Assembly: GCA_963786305.1 (NCBI GenBank)
Contig: CAWAYL010000009.1
Coordinates: forward strand, 108,387-172,386
Direction: 5' to 3'
Origin: an uncultured Alphaproteobacteria bacterium
Lineage (GTDB): Bacteria; Pseudomonadota; Alphaproteobacteria; Rhodospirillales; Defluviicoccaceae
DNA length: 64,000 nucleotides
Below the pieces are notes generated by a model that was not told where the DNA came from, ran no database searches, and saw only the letters and a program-made list of their open reading frames with translations. A program made the position numbers and the translations under genes. Positions 1-9,765 of this stretch are shown here, one piece after another; the first letter of the stretch is position 1; each line of letters opens with the position of its first letter.

Positions 1-695
1 GCGAGCTTGAGGTGGCCGCCATCCCTCTCGCAATCGTCGGCGATCTGTTGTGCGATCTCACCGCGATAAAACAGATCGTCGCCCTCAATCGCCAGGATCT
101 CCAGGGTGTCGGCGAAGCTCGGCAGGGAGAACAGTTCGCCTTCGCCGATCAACTCGCCCGGATGCTCCCGGCTTTCGAACAACGATCGGCTGGCCTGCGT
201 GCTCGTCAGAATGGCTCCCACGAGCCCCATGATATAAGCCTGCTTGGCGTTCACCCGCACGCCCTCTCGCGCCAGAGCCGCCGCCGGCTGGACAACCTGG
301 CGCATGGGCATGTGACCGAGATCCCGATGGGCCTCGAACAACCCCTTGAGGAGACCCGGCGTCGCGATCGATCCCATGCCGATCTGGAACTCCTGCTGGG
401 TCGGACCGAAGTCCGCGAAGATCGGTTTGAAGTCGAGCTCCGACGCGGGCCGCCGGCTCACCGGCGTTTGCGTGAAACAGTCGTAAAGAATGATGTCTCC
501 CGCGTGGGATCCGCTGACGGGACGCGCCATCAGGAACCCGCCGCCGCCCAGCGACGCCAGAACGGGCTCCGACACACACGCCGTGAAGATACCGGCCAGC
601 GCCGCGTCGAAGGCATTGCCGCCGTCTTCAAGCACGGCCGCCGCCGCGCGGCTGGTTTCTGGATGCCCGGAGGCAACGGCGCCCCTGTATTTCAT
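1..695 (-). CDS. ggt: gamma-glutamyltransferase family protein, N-terminal ~231 aa (3' end lies beyond the window start)
   Basis: Absent from the ORF track because it is open at the window edge. Reverse-strand translation from the ATG (complement of 693-695) reads MKYRGAVASGHPETSRAAAAVLEDGGNAFDAALAGIFTACVSEPVLASLGGGGFLMAR..., a typical GGT N-terminus. The listed 12..725(+) ORF is its shadow. Confidence 0.8.
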   Translation of the reverse strand, partial: MKYRGAVASGHPETSRAAAAVLEDGGNAFDAALAGIFTACVSEPVLASLGGGGFLMARPVSGSHAGDIILYDCFTQTPVSRRPASELDFKPIFADFGPTQQEFQIGMGSIATPGLLKGLFEAHRDLGHMPMRQVVQPAAALAREGVRVNAKQAYIMGLVGAILTSTQASRSLFESREHPGELIGEGELFSLPSFADTLEILAIEGDDLFYRGEIAQQIADDCERDGGHLKL

Positions 696-934
696 GGCGT
701 TCGCACTGGCCTGACGCGTGAATGAATAAGATACCCCCGTGGGTAGCGGCTGCACCAATTGGTGTCAACAAATCGGACGCTCCGTAATCTCCGGTTTATC
801 TCCATGTCGGCAAATGCAATAACACGTATCGGTTGACAGAAGGTTTCGAGGAGAACCATCATCGGGGCTTGGGTCTGGACGCGGCCTTGAACCCCGTGAT
901 GGAGGTTTTGCCCCCCAACGGAGAGACGCACTTG

Positions 935-1561
935 ATGGGACGCTTTGGTTTTTTCCTCACGTCGGTGAGCGCGATGCTTTTGGTCCTGGCCGGTTCGTCG
1001 ACGGTACGGGCGCAAGAGGACGTAAGCGGCGTCGTCAATGCGGTGTCCTTTTATCCAATGCCGGAGAGCCAGCCTATCTTCGTGCGGCCGCTCGACAACT
1101 CGCCCGAGAACCTGTCGATCAGGACCGACATGGAACAGGCGTTGACCGACGCGGGGTTCGCTGTCGCCAAAAAGGGTGCGATTCTCGTGCTTTCGTTCGA
1201 AACGCGGCGCGAATTGGGTGGCGGGGCCGCGCCGACCCGGCAAGTGACCAATCGGTTCCTCGAGCGGCACGAAGAGTCGGATATCGGGGATCAGCGGTAC
1301 AAACCTCAGATCGGCAAAGAGTCGCCGAGAGGTTCGGGAGCCATCAGCGCCAGCCGCTTTCGGCTGGACGCAACGCTCGACGACAGGGAAACCGGTAAAC
1401 GCCTCTGGCGCGGCTGGACCATCGCGCGGATGCACGGCGACGACACGAGCACTTTGGCAAAAGCCATGGCGCCCGCGCTGGTGGACAGCCTCGGCAAGAC
1501 CGTCAGGCAACAGACTTTTGACATTCGGGCCAGCGAGACGAGCAAAACCGGAACACGGTAA
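935..1561 (+). CDS. hypothetical exported protein
   Basis: Internal ATG at 935 is preceded by GGAGAG (920-925). The N-terminus MGRFGFFLTSVSAMLLVLAGSSTVRAQ looks like a Sec signal peptide. No family recognised. Confidence 0.55.
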   Translation: MGRFGFFLTSVSAMLLVLAGSSTVRAQEDVSGVVNAVSFYPMPESQPIFVRPLDNSPENLSIRTDMEQALTDAGFAVAKKGAILVLSFETRRELGGGAAPTRQVTNRFLERHEESDIGDQRYKPQIGKESPRGSGAISASRFRLDATLDDRETGKRLWRGWTIARMHGDDTSTLAKAMAPALVDSLGKTVRQQTFDIRASETSKTGTR

Positions 1562-1799
1562 AAGGTCGCTCCGTGCCGTTGCCCCGCCGCGCTATCGGAC
1601 ACACGGGCGGCTGCATTGAAGGCAAGCCGCTTTGCTGTTACGAATGAGCCTGTTTTCGCCGGTCGTTACCCTCGTCGCTTTCAGCGATCGTGTTTGATAC
1701 ACCTCGTGCCGGCCATAGTCGCCGATCAATAACTCGATGGCACTATCCGGCTCCCCGCCCCACACCGCTTCCGAAGGACGTCACCACGGCCCCACCGCA

Positions 1800-2966
1800 A
1801 TGAACCTTACGCCGGAAAAAGCCCCGCTGCCCGCGGGCATATCTGATCAATTGCCGCCACACGCCGCGTTCGAAGCCGAGATCGTGGAACGGCTGATGAC
1901 CGCGTTCGCCGGCTACGGCTTCGAACGCGTCAAGCCGCCGCTGATCGAATTCGAAGACAGTCTGCTCGGCGGCGACGGAGCGGCCCTGGCGGAACAGACG
2001 TTCCGGCTCATGGACCCGATATCGCAGCGAATGCTGGCGCTCCGTCCCGACATGACCATGCAGATCGCCCGGATCGCGCAGACACGGCTGACCAATCGCC
2101 CGCGCCCGCTGCGGCTGGGATATGCCGGACAGGTCGTCCGCGTGACGGGCTCGCAGCTGCGCTTCGAACGTCAGTTTGGGGAAGTCGGCGCCGAGATAAT
2201 CGGCGCGACGTCTCCCGCCGCCGACGCGGAAGTCATCGTCATGGCGACCGCGGCGCTTCGCGATCTCGGCATGGCGGGGCTCACCGTCGATCTCGGACTT
2301 CCGACCCTCGTCCCGGCGATCCTCGCCGACCAGACCCTGGACCCCGGTTCGTGGTCGCACATTCGGGCCGCGCTCGATCGCAAGGACGAAGCCGCGATTG
2401 CCAACCTCGCGCCGGTGATCGGCCAACAGGCGACATCCCTCCTGTCCGGCCTCGTTGGCGCCACGGGCCGTGCCGGCCTTGCCATCGAACGCTTGAAAGA
2501 AACCCATCTGCCGCCCGCCGCCGCCGCCGAACGCATGGAGTTGGTCAAGGTGTTCGAGCGCGTCGACGCCGAAATGGACGATGTGACGATAAGCATCGAT
2601 CCGCTGGAAAATCGCGGCTTCGAATATCACACGGGCGTCACCTTCACCCTCTTCGCGCGCGATGTGCGGGGAGAGCTCGGCAGAGGCGGCCGCTACATGG
2701 CGGGCCTGGCCGATGGCGAGGCGGAGCCCGCGACGGGCGTAACCCTGTTCATGGACTCCATTGTCCGATCGCTGCCCGTGCCGCGCATCGTCCGTCGGAT
2801 CTTTCTGCCAGCCGGCACGCCGTCCTCCGAAGGACGCCGGCTGCGGGCGGAAGGGTGGGTGACCGTCAACGGGCTGGACGCGGATCGTGCTCCGGCGGAA
2901 CAGGCCGCCCGGCAACGATGCACCCACGTCTTCATTGACGGTGAAGCCCACACGGTTAAAACCTAG
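1800..2966 (+). CDS. hisZ: ATP phosphoribosyltransferase regulatory subunit HisZ
   Basis: HisS-like, non-catalytic sequence (FERVKPPLIEFEDSLL...FRLMDP..QRMLALRPDMTMQIARI...GYAGQVVR). It sits directly upstream of purA, as in many proteobacteria. Start taken at ATG 1800 (MNLTPEK). Confidence 0.85.
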   Translation: MNLTPEKAPLPAGISDQLPPHAAFEAEIVERLMTAFAGYGFERVKPPLIEFEDSLLGGDGAALAEQTFRLMDPISQRMLALRPDMTMQIARIAQTRLTNRPRPLRLGYAGQVVRVTGSQLRFERQFGEVGAEIIGATSPAADAEVIVMATAALRDLGMAGLTVDLGLPTLVPAILADQTLDPGSWSHIRAALDRKDEAAIANLAPVIGQQATSLLSGLVGATGRAGLAIERLKETHLPPAAAAERMELVKVFERVDAEMDDVTISIDPLENRGFEYHTGVTFTLFARDVRGELGRGGRYMAGLADGEAEPATGVTLFMDSIVRSLPVPRIVRRIFLPAGTPSSEGRRLRAEGWVTVNGLDADRAPAEQAARQRCTHVFIDGEAHTVKT

Positions 2967-3046
2967 TGGTGTGGATCCAATCACATCGATCCGTCCCGAT
3001 GCGACGATGCTCGCAAGCTTGGGACTGAAATCAGGAATAAAGCGAA

Positions 3047-4340
3047 ATGGCGAACGTGGTGGTCGTCGGCTCTCAATGGGGCGACGAAGGCAAAGGCAAG
3101 ATCGTTGACTGGCTCTCGGAGCGCGCCGACGTGGTGGTTCGCTTCCAAGGAGGCCACAACGCCGGGCACACCCTGGTTATCGACGGGGTGACCTACAAAC
3201 TGAGCTTGCTGCCGTCGGGCGTGGTGCGCCGGGGCAAGCTGTCGATCATCGGCAATGGCGTGGTTCTCGACCCCTGGGCACTGCTCGACGAAATCGACAT
3301 CTTGAGGAACCAAGGGGTGGAGATCAGCCCCGAGAACGTCCGGATCGCCGAGAATGTGCCCTTGATCCTTCCGTTGCACCGCAATCTCGACAAAGCCCGT
3401 GAAGCTGGCTCTCGGCAACGCGCGCATCGGAACGACCGGCCGCGGCATCGGCCCGGCCTACGAGGACAAGGTCGGCCGGCGCGCCATCCGCCTCGGCGAC
3501 CTCGCCGACGAGGATCTCTTTTCGGAGAAGGTCAACACCCTGCTTCTTCATCACAATGCTCTGTTGCGCGGGCTCGGGATGCCGGAAGTCAGCGGCGAAG
3601 AACTCGTGGCCGAACTCATCGACGTCGCCCCGAAGGTTCTGCCCTACGCCGATACCGTATGGAAAACACTCGACGGCGTGCGCCGGACCGGCAAACGGAT
3701 TCTGTTCGAAGGCGCGCAAGGCACCATGCTGGACATCGATCATGGAACCTTCCCCTTCGTCACGTCATCGAACACCGTGGCCGGCGCGGCGGCCGCGGGC
3801 TCGGGGCTCGGCCCTGGCGCAATGGATTACGTGCTCGGCATCACCAAGGCCTACACCACGCGGGTGGGAAGCGGGCCCTTTCCGACCGAGTTGGACGACG
3901 CGGTCGGCAAGCGCCTTGGCGAACGGGGCCGCGAATTCGGCACCGTGACCGGCCGGGCGCGACGATGCGGCTGGTTCGACGCCGTGCTGGTCCGCCAGGC
4001 GGTGAAGGTCAACGGCATTCGCGGCATCGCGCTCACCAAGCTGGATGTCCTCGACGGGATGGAAACGCTGAAGGTCTGCACCGGCTACGAAATCGACGGC
4101 GAGCACATCGAGTACCTGCCGGCCTCGGCCATTCGCCAGTCCGCCGTCCGGCCCGTCTACGAGGAGGTCGAGGGGTGGTCGGAAAGCACGCGTGGAGCCC
4201 GGTCATGGGCGGATTTGCCCGCCACGGCCGTCAAATACATCCGGCGCATCGAGGAGCTTATCCAGGCGCCCGTCCACCTGCTTTCGACCAGCCCGGAGCG
4301 CGAGGATTCGATCATGGTGCGCGATCCGTTCGTCGATTAG
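3047..4340 (+). pseudogene. purA: adenylosuccinate synthetase, frame-broken as sequenced (one extra nt around 3396-3420); probably a functional gene with a consensus indel
   Basis: The first frame gives [24 protein letters not shown]...[13 protein letters not shown] and then loses homology. The 3399..4340 frame continues ..[25 protein letters not shown]... to the stop. Start-to-stop length is 1294 nt = 3n+1. Confidence 0.9.
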
Positions 4341-4365
4341 AGCGGGGCGATTTCAGTGTCGTCCG

Positions 4366-4401
4366 CACCGGTCGCGAGACCGGTGGGGGGAGGGGTGTTT
4401 T
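4366..4401 (+). terminator. possible terminator hairpin after purA
   Basis: CACCGGTC-gcga-GACCGGTG (4366-4385) lies 26 nt after the purA stop. The T-run (4397-4401) is separated from the stem by a G-rich stretch, so this is weak. Confidence 0.3.
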
Positions 4402-4497
4402 AAAATGTCGAAAACAACCCCATGCACAGTAGAATTTGCCGCCTTTTCATGCCCTTGGAGTGCAAGAGGTCAGCCCCTGTCAAACGTCCTCGCTCGT

Positions 4498-4734
4498 TCA
4501 ACGGGAAGGATACCATTGCACCGGGAGGTCCGCCGCGCGCTGGCGCATTTGGAACGCGTCGTAGCGGGCCCGCATGCGGAGCCGCGTATCCATTTTGACG
4601 CCGAACGCTTTTTCCACGCGGAGCGCCATCGCGCTTCCTCGGGGCCCAGGTTCCAAAGGTGGGGAAACCGCTTGACGATGGAACCCCATCGCCAGCACGG
4701 TCCCTCCTGCCGAGGAAGCGTGAAACACGATCAC
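4498..4734 (-). pseudogene. HigA-type (XRE/HTH) antitoxin remnant
   Basis: The C-terminal half SAMALRVEKAFGVKMDTRLRMRARYDAFQMRQ matches the HigA signature (MALRL.kaFG....WL.lQ..YDL). The HTH-bearing N-terminal half is about 10 aa too short and unrecognisable. Confidence 0.45.
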
Positions 4735-4765
4735 AATGGGTTCCTATCAATGAAATTTGGTATTA
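4724..4765 (-). repeat. intergenic repeat family B, copy 1
   Basis: The reverse complement TAATACCAAATTTCATTGATAGGAACCCATTGTGATCGTGTT shares an exact 18-mer (ACCCATTGTGATCGTGTT) and about 85% identity over ~42 nt with 18031-18071. Confidence 0.7.
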
Positions 4766-5056
4766 TCGGTGGTAGTCTTCTTAATCGACGTCATACAGCT
4801 CGTTGCCGTCCGCGTCGTACCGGAAGGTGATCCGCCGATCCCGAAAGCCGGTTTAGTACAGTGATAGACTGACCCCATACGTGCATCCGGGGGCAATCCC
4901 GACGGGGTCGACGATGGCGACGATCAAGCGGGAATTGCGGTAAGCGAGATCGATGGGAACCTGGTGCTCGCTTTCGCCGGCGGAGAGGTCCTCACCGTTC
5001 TCGACGAAACGTCTCTCCTCGAGAACGCGTTTGTTCTGGTTAAACGAACCGATGGC
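4763..5056 (-). pseudogene. HigB / plasmid-maintenance-killer type toxin remnant (in-frame stops, no start codon)
   Basis: The reverse-strand frame reads IGSFNQNKRVLEERRFVENGE...YGVSLSLY*TGFRDRRITFRYDADGNELYDVD*EDYHR*. The tail matches the HigB C-terminus (..WRITF...g.ay...YEDYH). There are two in-frame TAA stops (complement of 4853-4855 and 4781-4783). Confidence 0.5.
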
Positions 5057-5093
5057 CTGGTACGCCGCGCGGACACACCCGCGCGATGCGGCG

Positions 5094-5979
5094 TCAGCAC
5101 GCGATGCGCTTCTCGATGACGGCGTTTCTTACTGATTTTTGCAGCTTTTCGAACGCGCGCACCTCGATCTGTCGAACCCGTTCGCGGGATATTCCGTAGC
5201 GTCGGCTCAAACGCTCCAACGTCATCGGGGTCTCCTTCAGGCGGCGCTCCAAAATAATGTGGCGCTCCCGGTCGGACAGGTTCGTCAGCGCACCCGAAAG
5301 AAGCGCCCGCCGCGTTTCGAGCTCCTCGCTCTCCGCCAGACGGTTTTCCTGGACTCTCCTCCTGGTCGATCAGCCAATCCTGCCACTCGCCCTCCCCCTC
5401 CTCGCGCAACGGCGCGTTGAGCGAGCTGTCGGGCCCGGAGATACGGCGGTTCATTTGAACGACATCGCTTTCCGCCACCCGGAGGCGATCGGCGATACCG
5501 GCGACATGCTCCGGCGTAAGATCTCCCTCCTCGATGGCCTGCATTTGGCCCTTGAGTTTCCTCAGGTTGAAGAACAGCTTTTTCTGGGCCGCGGTCGTGC
5601 CCATCTTCACCAACGACCAGGAATGAAGGATATATTCCTGAATTGAGGCTCGGATCCACCACATGGCGTAGGTCGCGAGCCGGAACCCCCGGCCCGCATC
5701 GAAGCGCACGACCGCCTGCATCATGCCGACGTTGCCCTCGGAAACGAGTTCTCCCAAGGGCAGGCCGTAACCGCGATAACCCATGGCGATTTTCGCGACG
5801 AGACGCAGATGACTGGTCACCAGCTGGTGCGCCGCATCGACATCGCCGTCATCGGCCCAGCTCCGGGCAAGCCGCTGTTCCTCTTCGGGCGCCAACATCG
5901 GATACTTGCGAATTTGCTGAAGATATCGCCCAAGATTACGGTCCGGCACGATATGCAGGTCACTGACCACTCTCGCCAT
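5094..5979 (-). pseudogene. rpoH: RNA polymerase sigma-32 factor RpoH, frame-broken as sequenced (one extra nt near 5345-5356)
   Basis: The N-terminal 210 aa are clean RpoH (LVTSHLRLVAKIAMGYRGYGLPLGELVSEGNVGMMQAVVRFD..., RpoH box QKKLFFNLRKLK). After ..WLIDQEES the +1 frame reads QENRLAESEELETRRALLSGALTNLSDRERHIILERRLKETPMTLERLSRRYGISRERVRQIEVRAFEKLQ..* and ends at 5094. Length is 886 nt = 3n+1. Confidence 0.9.
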
Positions 5980-6100
5980 CGTCGTCCTCCCCGTTCGGCG
6001 CGCGGCTGGATTTTTACCGAGCCCTGTATTCTTTCGACGTTATTCAGCGGCGAACGTAACGATAATGATACCGCAGTGGACTGCTGGAATATACACAAAA

Positions 6101-7073
6101 TTACAGGGGGTCCAGGAACGCCAGTAATGCCTGGAATTGCGGCGGGCTTGCCGACTGGAACCGCAATCGCTCGCCGCTCAGCGGATGGGTAATCCCGATC
6201 AGATAGGCGTGAAGTGCCTGACCCTGGGGGTCGGGGAATGACGAGCGCGATGGCTCCGGCAGGTTGCGAACCCGATTGCGGCCGCCGCCGTAGACCGCGT
6301 CACCGAGGAGCGGATGTCCGATCGCCGCCATGTGGACGCGAATCTGATGCGTTCGCCCCGTCGCGAGCCGGCATTCGACGAGGCTGGCGAGCGAGCCAAA
6401 CGCCTTCAGCACCGTGTATTGCGTCAGCGCGGGCTTGCCGCCGCGCGCCACGACCGCCATTTTTTTCCGGTTCGAGGGGCACCGGCCGAGAGTGTTGTGG
6501 ATGCGCCCGTGGCGCGGCCGCGGCACGCCCCAGGCGATGGCCTGGTAGGCGCGCTCGACACTATGCTCGGAAAACTGACGGACCAGACCGAGATGGGCTT
6601 CATCGCTCTTGGCGACGACAATCAGGCCACTGGTGTCCTTGTCGAGACGATGGACGATGCCGGGACGAGAACTCGCCGCCGATGCCGGAGAGACCGTCGG
6701 CACAATGCGCCAGCAACGCATTGACCAACGTACCGTCGGCATTGCCGGCGCCCGGGTGGACCACAAGTCCGGCGGGCTTGTCGACGATAATGAGATGCGC
6801 ATCCTCATACACAACGTCGATGGGAATGGGTTGCGCGCGTGGCGCGGACGCCGCCACGGGAGGAACGACCACCCCGTAGGTTTCACCCGCCGAGACCCTG
6901 CGCGACGGATCCTTCAGGGGCCCGTGACCGCGAACCTCCACCAGACCATCGGCGATGAGCGTTTGCAGGCGGGTCCGCGACAGGTGTGGGATCGCCTCCG
7001 CCAGCAAACGGTCGAGCCGCATGCCGGCCTTGTCCTGGCTTGCCGTCACGGTGTAAGTGGAAGGATCTTTCAT
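6101..7073 (-). pseudogene. rluD: 23S rRNA pseudouridine synthase RluD (RluA family), frame-broken as sequenced (near 6662-6672)
   Basis: The S4-like N-terminus runs from MKDPSTYTV.. to ..LSGIGGEF in one frame. RPGIVHRLDKDTSGLIVVAKSDEAH...THQIRVHMAAIGHPLLGD follows in the next frame. Length is 973 nt = 3n+1. Confidence 0.88.
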
Positions 7074-7094
7074 CGCAGGGGCCGGGCACACGTC

Positions 7095-7478
7095 ATGCAA
7101 GCACTCAAGGGTTTGGTTGTTGGGCTGGGCTTGCTCATCGTTGTCGGTGTCGTGCTCCTGGGATACGGATTCTACGTGCAATACCAAAAGAAAGACGTCG
7201 CGCTGTTCAATGATGCGGCCGATAGCCCCGTCGTCGCCAGCCCGCCTGTCGCCGGCGGGCCAGCCGCCGCCGTGGGGACCACCAAGGCCGAGGCACCGCC
7301 CAACACCGGGTTCGGCGAGACGCGGCTCGACCTGCCCGAAGGATGCACCGTAACGGAGATGCACCCCAGCGGACAGAGATTGTATCTGCGGACCGGCCCA
7401 GCCGGCCTTTGCGAGCGAATCGTCATCATCGACACCGCCACCGGCGGCCTGCTGGGCACCATTGTCGTGAAGCCATGA
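7095..7478 (+). CDS. small membrane-anchored hypothetical protein
   Basis: Divergent from rluD. MQALKGLVVGLGLLIVVGVVLLGYGFYV is a single N-terminal TM helix, followed by a Pro/Ala linker and a ~60-aa C-terminal domain. No family recognised. Confidence 0.6.
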   Translation: MQALKGLVVGLGLLIVVGVVLLGYGFYVQYQKKDVALFNDAADSPVVASPPVAGGPAAAVGTTKAEAPPNTGFGETRLDLPEGCTVTEMHPSGQRLYLRTGPAGLCERIVIIDTATGGLLGTIVVKP

Positions 7479-7537
7479 GGGCGTTTCCGGAACCATGAGG
7501 GTTTGTCCCGGGCCATGCTGGTGATTTCCGGGCCAAG

Positions 7538-7960
7538 ATGCTGATCCCCGAGCGGCTGGTCAGGCAAATGGCGCACGCCGCCGAGCGCGCCTATCCGGAG
7601 GAATGCTGCGGCCTGCTGATCGGCCACGGCGACGACGCCACGGCAATAGCCGTCACCGGCGTCGCCGCCAGCCGCAACGTCGCCAAGGGACGCGAACGCG
7701 ACCGATTCGAAGTGGATCCGGAGGTGCGGTTCGACCTCATGCGCGCGCTCGAGGGCGGTCGCGACCGCATCGTCGGTCACTACCACTCTCACCCCGACCA
7801 TCCCGCCCGGCCATCGGCCCGCGACGCCGAAATGGCCTGGGAGCCGGATCCTGGTCTGGGTCATCGTGTCGGTGGGGACGGCCGCGCCGGCGAGGTCCGG
7901 GCGCATGTCCTCGAGCCCGGTCTCGAACGGTTCCGCGAGATCCCCCTTCATTGCCGATAG
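7538..7960 (+). CDS. Mov34/MPN/PAD-1 (JAMM) family metalloprotein
   Basis: Carries the JAMM motifs EECCGLLIG and HYHSHPDHPARPSARD. The stretch 7847-7879 may hold a compensated double indel (see findings). Confidence 0.75.
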   Translation: MLIPERLVRQMAHAAERAYPEECCGLLIGHGDDATAIAVTGVAASRNVAKGRERDRFEVDPEVRFDLMRALEGGRDRIVGHYHSHPDHPARPSARDAEMAWEPDPGLGHRVGGDGRAGEVRAHVLEPGLERFREIPLHCR

Positions 7961-8076
7961 CGGCGCACCGGAACACCGGCCACGCCCGTCGTGGAAACGG
8001 GTACGGCGGCGCACCATGATTGACAAACGAGCCGCGGCCTCGGTATCTGAGGCTGACAACATCGGGGGTACTACCC

Positions 8077-9470
8077 ATGCTGCCGGAACTGATCCCGGAC
8101 ACCAATTATCTGCTGCGGATGGAAGACGGCACCATCAAGCAGGTCAACCCCTTTACCGGCACCGAGGTCTGGACCGTGCCCGGGCGGGCCAACCGGCCGC
8201 TCAACCTCGAAAAGCGGGAAGGCAGGCGGCTGGACCCGGGCAAGGCCGACGATCACTGCGCGTTCTGTGCGGCCCGCTACCTGCAGACACCGCCGGAGAA
8301 GGCGCGCCTGGTCAAGACCGCCGGCGGCTACGAGACGCTGCGCCAACTCAGGGCGGAAGTCATTCAACGACACCGTGGCCGAGTTCCGCCGCGTTCCCAA
8401 CATGTTCGAGATCGTCTCCTACGACTACTGGGAGAAAAACTTCGGCTACAGCCTCCCCGAAACGGCGCAATCCCACAAACATGGATACCTGTCGACGGAC
8501 ATGGGACGCCGTCACGTACTCGGCGTGGTGGAACAACGGCTCGCCCTTTCGGGACTGGATGCGGCGGCGATCAAGGCCATCTCCCTGGAAGACAAGCTGC
8601 GAATGGCCAACGGTTTTTTCGGCGGCGGCCACGAACTGATCGTTGCGCGAAGGCACTACGAGGAGGACGCCGAGTACGACAATCAGTTCGCGTCGTCGGG
8701 CTCGATGACGCCCGGAAGAGCACTATCAGTACATCCACTTCACCATCGATGCGGTCCGCGACATCTATGTCACCAATCGATACGTCCGTTACGTCGCGGT
8801 GTTTCAGAACTGGCTCCGGCCGGCGGGCGCGTCCTTCGATCACCTGCACAAGCAACTCGTCGCCATCGACGAACGCGGCGTCCAGAACGAAGTCGAGACG
8901 CGGTTGGCCCGCGCCAATCCCAATATCTACAACGAAGCGGCGGTCAACTTCGCCGGCTACCGCAACCTGGTCTTCGCCGAAAACGATCACGCCATCGCCT
9001 TCGCCGGATACGGCCACCGGGTACCCACCCTCGAGATCTTTTCCAAGAGCGAACGCAGTCAGCCGTGGAACCACTCGGCCGACGAACTGCGCGGCATGTC
9101 GAACATCATTCACGCCTGCCACGCCGCCATGGGGCCGGACATTCCGTGCAACGAGGAATGGTACTACAAACCGCCCGATGTCGATGTGGCCATGCCGTGG
9201 CGGGTGCTCATCAAGTGGCGCATCTCCACCGCCGCCGGCTTCGAGGGCGGAACCAAGATCTACGTCAACACCATCGATCCCGAAAGCCTGCGCGACAAGA
9301 TGGTGCCGCGGCTGTTCGAGCTGAAGAACGCCGGCGGGATCGCTCCGATAAAGGTCGCTTTCGAGTGCGATTGCGTGCCGAACTGTCTGAAATACAATCC
9401 GGCGGTCCGCAGGCAGATGGCGACGGACCCCGAGTTCCCCCCGCTCTCCGGCGAGACGCGAGCGCGTTAA
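8077..9470 (+). pseudogene. GalT-like (DUF4921-type) HIT-fold nucleotidyltransferase/phosphorylase, two frame breaks as sequenced (~8350-8368 and ~8711-8716)
   Basis: Three consecutive frames join into one protein: MLPELIPDTNYLL...DHCAFCAARY (Zn knuckle) | FNDTVAEFRRVPNMFEIVSYDYW...SSGSMTP | EEHYQYIHFT...FQNWLRPAGASFDHLHKQLVAID (H-x-H-x-Q active-site motif)...*. Length is 1394 nt = 3n+2. Confidence 0.7.
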
Positions 9471-9556
9471 ATCCGGTCAAAGGTTGTTCACTGGCGGCGA
9501 ACGGGTAATCTTCTTGATCCGGGTGCGTGAGTCCCTGTAAACGTAGGTCTCGCTGC

Positions 9557-9632
9557 GTCCCCTTCGTCTAGAGGCCTAGGACACCGCCCTCTCACGGCGG
9601 CAACAGGGGTTCGAATCCCCTAGGGGACGCCA
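9557..9632 (+). tRNA. tRNA-Glu (anticodon CUC), CCA encoded
   Basis: GTCCCCTTCGTCTAGAGGCCTAGGACACCGCCCTCTCACGGCGGCAACAGGGGTTCGAATCCCCTAGGGGACGCCA is nearly identical to the classical tRNA-Glu cloverleaf. The 7-nt loop CTCTCAC gives anticodon CTC. Confidence 0.92.
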
Positions 9633-9765
9633 TCCGCTCAAAACCGCTGACGCCATTTGTGTCGTCCCGCCGCGCGGATTTTTTGGCGGCGACGACGGAA
9701 CATTGGTTGTTTCTCCGTGTTGGTCGCCCGGTTGCGACTGTTCGCTAGACCAAACGGGAGTATCG

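Noticed and set aside
12-725. 237-aa plus-strand ORF at the left edge.
   Set aside because: The opposite strand encodes a clear gamma-glutamyltransferase N-terminus that is open at the window edge and so missing from the ORF track. The plus-strand ORF is its shadow.
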